Origin: an uncultured Acidobacteriota bacterium
GTDB lineage: Bacteria; Acidobacteriota; JAQAZP01
Direction of reading: 5' to 3'
DNA: 64,000 nucleotides
NCBI GenBank assembly: GCA_963836075.1
Contig: CAWIIB010000009.1
Span: forward strand, 1,984,001-2,048,000
Both the position numbers and the translations under genes were made by a program. The notes beneath the pieces were generated by a model that was given only the letters and a program-made list of their open reading frames with translations, was not told the origin of the DNA and did not search any database. Positions 1 to 7,556 of the stretch are shown one piece after another. How positions within the stretch are numbered: the stretch's first letter is position 1; the number at the start of each line of letters is the position of its first letter.

Positions 1-534
1 GTGATGTACTGGCCGCGTTACACGTCGTTCGTTTTCCCGCATTTCATTTTCTCCAATCTCGACTATTCCCGGTTCGGCGGGGCGGGGATGCAGGGCGCGG
101 TGAGAAACGGGTTCGATTCCCTGCGCTGGCTGCTGGGCGGTATCAGCATTTTCTTTTGTCTGTGGGGATTCGGCTGGCAACTGCGGAGGATCTGGCAGCA
201 GAGGTTCAAGTGTCCCGCACCACTGGAGAACTACATCCTGGCTGGCCTGATCGCCATGGTGCTGCTGGTGGTGCTCAGCCCTGCCGAACTGAGCCACTGG
301 CATCTCTACCTGCTGTTGCCGGTGGCCAATATCGCCTTTTGCCGGTTTCTGTTCCAGCGGTTCCACTGGCTGGCGGCCGGCACGGCCCGGGCACTGTTCA
401 TTACAGTGATGATCTACTTCATCCTATTCAACGTCATGGCCAATTTCATTGCGCCGAACTACTACTCGCCCACGTTCAATATGCGAACCGAGTATGCCGC
501 CACCAAGGCGTCCTTCGGGGTGGTTGGGGACTAG
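1..534 (+). CDS. Polytopic membrane protein, 3' part (possibly GT-C/ArnT-like); 5' end outside window
   Basis: Open frame from base 1 with several hydrophobic segments; its TAG stop converges on the next gene. Confidence 0.55.
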   Translation: MMYWPRYTSFVFPHFIFSNLDYSRFGGAGMQGAVRNGFDSLRWLLGGISIFFCLWGFGWQLRRIWQQRFKCPAPLENYILAGLIAMVLLVVLSPAELSHWHLYLLLPVANIAFCRFLFQRFHWLAAGTARALFITVMIYFILFNVMANFIAPNYYSPTFNMRTEYAATKASFGVVGD

Positions 535-550
535 CCGCTGCGGTGATGTT

Positions 551-1717
551 TCAGGGTGCGATCCCGGTCACCGTGCAACTGTCCGAAGCCGTGTCGCCGG
601 CCGGCGGGTAGGGTGGCTGGTTGTATGGCTCGGGGGTGACATCTTCGGCCAGCAGCAGGAAGTGGTTGTCCCCGATCACCGAACCGAGGGCCGGGATGGT
701 GAGGCCAAAGGTGCTGGCGAAACTCTCCCCGGCCGCCACGTTGGTGTATCCGGCACGCCAGCCGGGGAACCAGGCGCCACCGGCCAGGGTGACGTCGATG
801 CGGCCGGCAATCCGGCGCCGCTGCCCCTGGTAGAGGTTGTCCAGGGTCAGGGTGATCAGGGACTGGAACGGCACCGTGCCCGATGAGGGCGAGCAGTCCA
901 GGGCGACGGAAACGGTTTCGCCGGGAACCGGGGATGTGTTGGGAACCAGGTTGTCCACGGCGGCCCGGTTGCTGCCCGAGGCTCTCAGCTGCAGCCACAT
1001 GGTGTCCCAGGTCTCCGGCCCGGCATCGGGATGCAGCCGGCCCAGCTGGAGGTTGATCCCCTGCAGTCCGCTCACCGCCTGGAACTCGGTGTCGCCGTCG
1101 GTGATGTTGAGATAGAACAGGCTCCCCGCCCCCTCTCCGCCGTTGGCGGTGAAGTCGATGCGCAGTTCCATGCGGTACCAGTCATTGCCGCTGTTTCCTG
1201 CGCCAAAGGGCGTGGATGTGGACGCGCCGAAGTTGGCCTCCCGCAGAGTGAAGTTCCTGTCGTAGTCGCCGAAGACCGGCCCCAGCTCGCCGCCGCTGCC
1301 GTTGCTGTAGGGGTCCTCTTCCAGGACGCCGTCACCGTCCAGGTCGTGGCCCAGTCCGAAGAGGGCGAGGTGCTCGCCGTTGAGCTCGAACCGGATCACC
1401 GCATCGGTGGCGGATGAGTTGAACGCCGTGAAACCGAATGCGGTATCGTTGGCCCGGGCGAGATAGACATCCTCGTCAAAGGCCACGGTGGGCAGCGGAC
1501 GGGCGACTTTTGTATCATTGCCGGTATCGTCGAGGTAGATCACACCATCGCCCTGGCCCGGTTTGTCCACCCAGTTGTCATGGCCGTCAATAAAACTGTG
1601 GATCGACAGGGATTCAAAATCGTAGACCTCGGGCGTCTGTGCCGACACCGGGGAGTTCCCGCAAAAAACAGCAATGATAAAAAGCGCGGCGGCCAATACT
1701 TTCCACGGGTGATACAT
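551..1717 (-). CDS. Secreted protein with unknown N-terminal beta-rich domain plus 120-aa CTD-A
   Basis: Signal peptide (MYHPWKVLAAALFIIAVFCGNSPVSA); GAGG upstream of ATG 1717, alternative starts up to 1759; last 120 aa homologous to three other ORFs here. Confidence 0.85.
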   Translation of the reverse strand: MYHPWKVLAAALFIIAVFCGNSPVSAQTPEVYDFESLSIHSFIDGHDNWVDKPGQGDGVIYLDDTGNDTKVARPLPTVAFDEDVYLARANDTAFGFTAFNSSATDAVIRFELNGEHLALFGLGHDLDGDGVLEEDPYSNGSGGELGPVFGDYDRNFTLREANFGASTSTPFGAGNSGNDWYRMELRIDFTANGGEGAGSLFYLNITDGDTEFQAVSGLQGINLQLGRLHPDAGPETWDTMWLQLRASGSNRAAVDNLVPNTSPVPGETVSVALDCSPSSGTVPFQSLITLTLDNLYQGQRRRIAGRIDVTLAGGAWFPGWRAGYTNVAAGESFASTFGLTIPALGSVIGDNHFLLLAEDVTPEPYNQPPYPPAGDTASDSCTVTGIAP

Positions 1718-1786
1718 CTTCATCCTCATACGTTCAACCGCAAATTCATCAATTTCCAACTCTTCCGATTATACCCCTGAATATAA

Positions 1787-1822
1787 ACAGGGAACCAGGG
1801 CTTTGGACCCCGGTTCCCTGTG
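1787..1822 (-). terminator. Probable intrinsic terminator of the fur-mauG-like operon
   Basis: ACAGGGAACC…GGTTCCCTGT hairpin followed on the minus strand by TTTATATT. Confidence 0.55.
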
Positions 1823-1856
1823 TTATGGTCACGCTGAATTACTGTCCCGGCCGTCC

Positions 1857-2270
1857 TCAGTGCTTGCCCGGGGCGATGGCCACCCCCTTGCGCTCGGTCA
1901 TCAGGTAGGCCTCGATGGCGATCATCTCGGCGCTGTCCAGGTCCAGCGGGTCCCCCTCCAGCGGGTTGCGCAGGCACCAGTTGATCATGTCGCGCAGGGC
2001 CACCACCTTGCCCAGTTGCTGCTGGAACTTGGGGTAGGTCTCGGGGTGGGTGTTGGCTCCGTTGGGGTGGCACTGGCCGCAGGCCACGCCGTTGGTCCCC
2101 AGGTCACCGCTGCCCCAGAGTTCGCGGCCGTAGGTCACCACACTCTGGTATTCCTTGTCCCAGCGCTTGAGATCCTCCTCGGTGAACTCGTCGGTGCGCA
2201 CCACCACGCTGGCCAGCGCCACCGACAGGACGAGCACCACCACTGCGACTCCGGCATATTTTTTCCACAT
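1857..2270 (-). CDS. Exported monoheme cytochrome c (TsdA/SoxA-like, probable His/Cys ligation)
   Basis: Signal peptide; CGQCH heme motif; MINWCLRNPLEG resembles the TsdA/SoxA RINxC..RxxNG axial-Cys segment. Confidence 0.8.
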   Translation of the reverse strand: MWKKYAGVAVVVLVLSVALASVVVRTDEFTEEDLKRWDKEYQSVVTYGRELWGSGDLGTNGVACGQCHPNGANTHPETYPKFQQQLGKVVALRDMINWCLRNPLEGDPLDLDSAEMIAIEAYLMTERKGVAIAPGKH

Positions 2271-2282
2271 GGCTCACTCCTA

Positions 2283-3362
2283 TCAGTAGTGTAACTGGGG
2301 CGGGATACGTGTTGATTCGTCCTGGAACGATGTGTCTTCGGGGCGTCCGGTCTTGGGGTTGAACTTCACCGTGCGAGCGGTGTTGTTGTAGAGCGTGTAG
2401 TTCATTCCGGTGCGGCCGGCCGCCAGGTCGACGGTCTGCCAGCCGGTGGCGTCCCGCTCGAAGAAGGGGTCGGCGCGGTTCATCGGCACGGTCATCACCG
2501 GCCAGTCCATCTCCACCTGAGCGTAGCTCTCGGGGTAAGGCCAGGGCCAGGCAGTGGCCATCACCGACTGGAAGGCGATGTTGCCGATCTGGTTGTACTG
2601 GATCTGGTGCACGTGGCCGTAAAGTACGGTGGCGCTGTCATAGGGCTGGAGTAGCGCCTGGATCTCCTCGGCGTCATCGGTCCAGAAATTCCAGCCCTTG
2701 AAGATCTTCTGGATCGGCGAGTGGGAGAATACCACCACCGGGGTGGTGACGGGCACCGCGGACAGGTCCTGCTTCAGCCACTCCCGCTGGGCCTCGCCCA
2801 CCATGAAGGGCGAACCGTTGGGGTTGTCCAGCCCGGCCATCTCCAGCATCCGCTGTTCGGCACTGGGCCAGCGTTCGTGGGTCCACTCGTCGAAGGTCAG
2901 GATGCTGTTCAGCACCACGAAGTGTACGCCCTTGTGGTCGAAGCTGTAGTACTGCGGGCCGAAGAGCTTGGACCAGTATTCCCCGAGGTCGAGGTAGTAG
3001 TCGTGCTCACCCATCACGCAGTGGGTCTTGTATTTAAGCTTGGACAGCATCTCGGCGCCGTGGTCCAGCTCCGGCTTTGTGCCCAGCTGGGCCAGGTCAC
3101 CGCCGAACATCACGAAATCGGGCTCGGGCACCATCAGGTTGGTCTCGGCCACCGCGCGGATCAGGCCGCGGTCCCAGTTGCGGACGAACTTCGTGCCGCT
3201 GATGTGCTGGATGTGCGAGTCGGAGATGTAGGCGAAGGTGAAGTCCTTCTTCTCATCGGCAAAGGCCAGCCGGATGCTGCTCACCGGAAGCAGGCCGGCC
3301 CCGGCCGCCAGGCCGGCCGCCTTGAGGAAACTGCGCCGGGTGATCGAGGGTCGTTTGTTCAT
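2283..3362 (-). CDS. Tat-exported calcineurin-like metallophosphoesterase
   Basis: TRRSFLK twin-arginine signal; DSH, GGD, GEHD and GHVH metal motifs; start overlaps the upstream stop (ATGA). Confidence 0.9.
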   Translation of the reverse strand: MNKRPSITRRSFLKAAGLAAGAGLLPVSSIRLAFADEKKDFTFAYISDSHIQHISGTKFVRNWDRGLIRAVAETNLMVPEPDFVMFGGDLAQLGTKPELDHGAEMLSKLKYKTHCVMGEHDYYLDLGEYWSKLFGPQYYSFDHKGVHFVVLNSILTFDEWTHERWPSAEQRMLEMAGLDNPNGSPFMVGEAQREWLKQDLSAVPVTTPVVVFSHSPIQKIFKGWNFWTDDAEEIQALLQPYDSATVLYGHVHQIQYNQIGNIAFQSVMATAWPWPYPESYAQVEMDWPVMTVPMNRADPFFERDATGWQTVDLAAGRTGMNYTLYNNTARTVKFNPKTGRPEDTSFQDESTRIPPQLHY

Positions 3363-4492
3363 GGCTTTTCCTCCCGCAGCTCGGCACTGGTCAGCGCTTC
3401 CATGAAGGCCACGAGGTCGTCGATCTGCTCGTCGCTGAGATCCAGCGGCCGGATCCCGCCGCTGAGGAAATCGTTCACCGGATCGCCCTCGTTGGTCACT
3501 CCGCCGTTGTTGTAGTGCTCCACCACCTCCTTCAGGGTCTCGATGCTGCCGTCGTGCATGTAGGGGGCGGTGAGGTCGATGTTGCGCAGGGTGGGCGTCT
3601 TGAAGGCGCCCAGGTCGTTGAACTTGCGGTCCACGGCAAAGCGGCCCAGCTCGGAGGTCCGGGCATCGCCCAGCACCTGCACGTCCACCTCGGCCAGGGT
3701 GTAGTCGGCCTCGAGGAAGGCGTGGGCCAGCTGGGGCACGTCGGCCTGGATGTCGTTGATCCCCACTCCGATGTTGTGGAAGCGGTTGTCGGTGAACAGC
3801 GCCTGGGTCTGCTCGATGAGGTGGCAGGAGACGCAGCGGCCCTGGTTGATGAAGATGTCCAGGCCGCGCACCTGCTGTTCGGTGAGCGCCCTGGGATCAT
3901 TGAGATAGTAATAGCGGTCGAAGGGTGAGTTGCCGAAGACCTGGGTCCGCTCGAAAGCGGCGATGGCCTTGGTCACATGATCCATCGTGGTCTCGTTGCC
4001 CTTGATGCCGAAGACGGATTCGAAGGCCGCGACATATTCGGGGTCGCTGCGCACGATGTCGATGATCGGCTGGTGGTTGGCCAGCCCCATCTCCACCGGG
4101 TTGGTGGGGGGGTGCAGGGCCTGGTCCTCGAGGCTGGGGGAGCGGCCGTCCCAGAACTGGGTCGTCATGTAGGCTGCGTTGAGCACGGTGGGTGCGTTGC
4201 GTGTGCCGGTGAGCTTGTTGATCCCCTCGGAGGTCTTGAGCGGGCTGTCGGTGAACGCCTTCTCCTTGTCGTGGCAGGTGGCGCAACTCACCTCGCCGGT
4301 GGTACTGAACCGTTCATCGTGGAACAGCTTGTCACCCAGGGCGATTTTCTCAGGTGTCTGCGGATTGTCTTCGGGGATGGGGACCGGCGGCAGGCCCAGC
4401 GGCGGCCCGTCTCCCGCAACGGCCTGGAGCGCCGGGCCGGTTAGAACAAGCATTCCCGCGAACAGGAATGCCAGCAGGAACTGTTTCCTCAT
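3359..4492 (-). CDS. Diheme cytochrome c peroxidase superfamily protein, MauG/MbnH type
   Basis: Signal peptide; CATCH and CVSCH; RNAPT, QFWDGR and FKTPTLRN…APYMHDG motifs; VVEHY places Tyr at the MauG-type distal ligand position. Confidence 0.9.
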   Translation of the reverse strand: MRKQFLLAFLFAGMLVLTGPALQAVAGDGPPLGLPPVPIPEDNPQTPEKIALGDKLFHDERFSTTGEVSCATCHDKEKAFTDSPLKTSEGINKLTGTRNAPTVLNAAYMTTQFWDGRSPSLEDQALHPPTNPVEMGLANHQPIIDIVRSDPEYVAAFESVFGIKGNETTMDHVTKAIAAFERTQVFGNSPFDRYYYLNDPRALTEQQVRGLDIFINQGRCVSCHLIEQTQALFTDNRFHNIGVGINDIQADVPQLAHAFLEADYTLAEVDVQVLGDARTSELGRFAVDRKFNDLGAFKTPTLRNIDLTAPYMHDGSIETLKEVVEHYNNGGVTNEGDPVNDFLSGGIRPLDLSDEQIDDLVAFMEALTSAELREEKP

Positions 4493-4585
4493 GGTGTCAC
4501 CTCGTCGATGGCGGCGGCGGAAGACCCTGGATTGTCCTTCCGCCGACGGGGTTTAAAAGAAAGGGATGAACAGAAAGCATTATGG

Positions 4586-5044
4586 TTATCGAGTGTCTTT
4601 CCCGGTCTCTTCGCGGCACTCCCTGCAGATGCCCCGAAGCTGGACCCGGTAATCGGTAACTTCAAAACCGGCGGACGACGTGTCCGGTATCTCGAGCTCA
4701 CCCAGCTGCTCGTTCTCGAAATCGATCATCCGGTCGCAGTGCATGCAGACCAGGTGGTGGTGGCTGTCGGTGGTGACGTCGTAGCGTGCCACCCGGCCCG
4801 GGTGACAGGCTTTGCTGATCACCCCGAGACCGACCATAAAATCGAGGGTACGGTGGACCGTGGCCCGGGAGATGCCGGGGCCGTTGTCACGCACCGCCTC
4901 GAAGACCTGGTCGGCGGAAGGGTGGTCCAGACGGTCCAGGACCGCTTCGAGAACAATCCGCCGCTGCAGGGTGCAGGGGATGCCCCGCTCCCTGCAGAGG
5001 GCTTCCAGTTCTCTCAGCCGTTCCTGTTTCTGCCGGCTGTTCAT
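4586..5044 (-). CDS. Fur/PerR family transcriptional repressor
   Basis: HPSA, ISRATVHRTL helix-turn-helix, HHHLVCMHC and GICREC Zn motifs. Confidence 0.92.
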   Translation of the reverse strand: MNSRQKQERLRELEALCRERGIPCTLQRRIVLEAVLDRLDHPSADQVFEAVRDNGPGISRATVHRTLDFMVGLGVISKACHPGRVARYDVTTDSHHHLVCMHCDRMIDFENEQLGELEIPDTSSAGFEVTDYRVQLRGICRECREETGKDTR

Positions 5045-5073
5045 CCGCGGGTGTCAGACTCCAGTGGTTTGCA

Positions 5074-5108
5074 GATGAGAATTTATCTCAAATGATATTT
5101 GTAGTCAA
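5074..5108 (-). promoter_or_regulatory. Sigma70 promoter (TTGACT-17-TAAATT) overlapped by a Fur/Per-box-like inverted repeat
   Basis: -35 at 5108-5103, -10 at 5085-5080; GATGAGAATTTATCTCAAA (TGAGA-N5-TCTCA) at 5074-5092. Confidence 0.7.
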
Positions 5109-5266
5109 TAGCCCATTAAGCGGCTGTGTTATAGCAGCTTACAAATTGAAGCAATGATTCGAGTGCTATTTTGTTGTGAATTTGGTGCCTGAAAGCTGGC
5201 GCAGTGATAATTATGCGTTCCGGGATGGAATTCGTCAACCACTGATTACCGAAATCTTGGTCGGAA

Positions 5267-7556
5267 TCAAGGTGTATCGAAAATACCCCCCGCCACCGTC
5301 CCTCCGCAGAGCAGCCCTTGGTCGGCGTAGGCGTCGAACTCGACCACACTCATCGCTTCGGTGTACAGATTGGTGACCCGCCAGGCCGCAACCATGGCCG
5401 GCTCCCGGCTGTCCGGCCCCGGGACGGTGATGATATCGACGATCCCGTCGCCGTGGACGTCGGCGGCGGCCACGCGGACACCGCAGCGGGTGTCGTCATA
5501 CTCGTAGGCGAAGTAGTTCACCTCCGGCATCGCGGTGACCCCGGCGCCGTCATAGTGCCAGCCGCGCACCTGGGCGCCGAAAACGGGGGAGGGGCCCGGG
5601 CCGGTGAGGATCTCATCCCGGCCGTCACCGTCGATGTCGCCGCAGGCCACGTTGACCCCGTATCTCAGGGTGCCGTAGGCGAAGTAGCTGATCCCGGTGA
5701 TCGGCTGTGCCGCTGTACCGTCGATGTTCCAACCACGGACGTGGGGCCCGAACACCGGGCCGGGGCCGGCACCGGTGACGATCTCGTCGATACCGTCGCC
5801 GTCGATGTCGCCGCAGGCTGTGTTGACGCCCCACTTGAGGGTGCCGTAGGCGAAAAAGCTGACCCCGGGGACCGGCTGAACTGCAGCGCCGTCCACGTTC
5901 CAGCCGCGGACGTGGGGCCCGAACACCGCACCGGGCCCGGCGCCGGTGACGATCTCGTCGAACCCGTCACCGTCGATGTCCCCGCAGGCCACGTTCACCC
6001 CGTACCTGTTCGTGCCGTAGGCCAGGTAGCTGACCCCGGGCACCGGCTGGCCAGATGGGCTGAAGCCCCGGACGTGGGGGCCGAAGATGGCGCCCGGGCC
6101 CGGACCGGTGACGATTTCGTCCAGGCCGTTGCCGTCCAGGTCGCCGCAGGCCACGTTGGCTCCCCAGGCCTGGGCCCCGTACGCCGCCCACGATTCGAGC
6201 GGGATCTCGTCGCCCAGCGGATCGAAGCACCTGACCAGCGGCGGATTGATCGCCGCCGGCCCCGGGCCGGTGACCAGGGTCAGCACCGGGTAGTCCAACT
6301 CATCGTAATACGCGTGGAGAAATTCGTCCCAGGCCGTGTCGGCGGGGAAGTCGAGCTCTACCGCTTCGGTACTGCGGGTCGTACAGCCGCCCGCTCCGGG
6401 GAAAGGAAATGCTCAGGCCGCGGGCGTTTTCCTCGATCGACCCATGGCATTCGGCCACCACCGCGGTTTCCATGGCGGTGCGCACCGCCTGGAGGTCGTC
6501 GAGGATCACCGGGTCGTCGGTCAGTCCGGCCAGCTGTTCGGCGAAGTGGTGGACGTCGATCAGGCCGTAACGTTCGGCGCCCCAGAGGCAGAACTCCTGG
6601 GAGCGGTGGCGGGCCAGACGAATCGGATCGACCAGCGTATCGAGGCGGGGGATCAGGTCGGTGGCCAGCTGGTCGATGGCCGCGGCGGCCCCGGCCATTG
6701 CCGAGGTGTCGGTGGCGCTCATGGTCAGGTAGGTGTAGTCCTGATAGTAGTTGTTCTCCCCCACCAGCCGGATGAGCTCCGCCCCCAGCTCCGCGGACGG
6801 AGTGTCCGGCGCGGCAATGAGCGTGTCGCAGAAGCCGTCGAAAATCCCGTTCCAGCGGGCATATCCGCTCAGTTCCTCGCTGCCCACGTAGACCCCCACG
6901 CTCTCCCGCAGTTCGTAGACCGACTCGAAGCAGCCCATCAGGCAGGGGGCGGTGAAACAGAGCAGGTCCACCGGCCCCGCCTCGCCCAGCGCCAGCTGGA
7001 AATCGTTCATGGTCAGGATGTCGTCGCCGTCGGTTTCGTCAACGCAGGCGCCCCGCCAGGCGCCACCATGGTCGTAGCAGGCCAGCAGGTAGCGGTCTGC
7101 CGGGTAGTTTGCCTTCGCGTAGAGCAGGAAATCCCGCAGCGTGTCGGGGTGGCCCATGTTCAACTCGCCGAGGTCGTCCAGCCTGGTCATCTCGTGGTTC
7201 TCACCGATGTGCCAGATGTCGGCTTCCCTGTAATCCCCGTCCCTGAGAACGAGGACGTTGAGATTCGGTCCCGAGTGGGCGTCCCGGGCGAAATCGTTCA
7301 GCGGGTCGTAGGCGTAGTAGAAGTCGGCGTCGTCGTAGAGGAGGATGGTCCAGGTGGTGGCCCCGGGGGAAGGGTTGGGCCGTTCAGGCACTTCCACTGA
7401 CGGGCGGAGTCGGTGGACCGGCCGGTCCTTTGCCTCGAGGACGCGCAGGGAATCGTTCGGCGAGGGGTAGAACCCGCTTCCCCGGATCTCATCCCCCTTG
7501 GCGGTCGGAGGGAGAAGGACGATGGCCAGCAGCAGGACAAAGAGGGTGCGGATCAT
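5267..7556 (-). pseudogene. Clostripain (C11)-like cysteine peptidase plus CTD-B, split by a +1 frameshift at about 6368 (pseudogene or assembly error)
   Basis: Signal peptide; DHGGAW and FTAPCLMG catalytic motifs; removing one base gives YDPQYEAVELDFPADTAWDEFLHAYYDELDY, colinear with the upstream paralog. Confidence 0.85.

Noticed and set aside
5560-6160. ~180-nt periodic repeats resembling an array (CRISPR-like or tandem ncRNA)
   Set aside because: The repeats are in-frame protein repeats (CTD-B blades) with synonymous variation and no unique spacers; no cas genes are present.
5318-6775. Long antisense ORFs (also 11687-12943, 16124-17371, 21417-23354, 25966-28389, 28430-30430, 32638-34674, 35029-36720, 49412-52111)
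   Set aside because: They mirror real genes on the opposite strand. This is the expected artefact of high GC3 codon bias, and they show no recognisable motifs.
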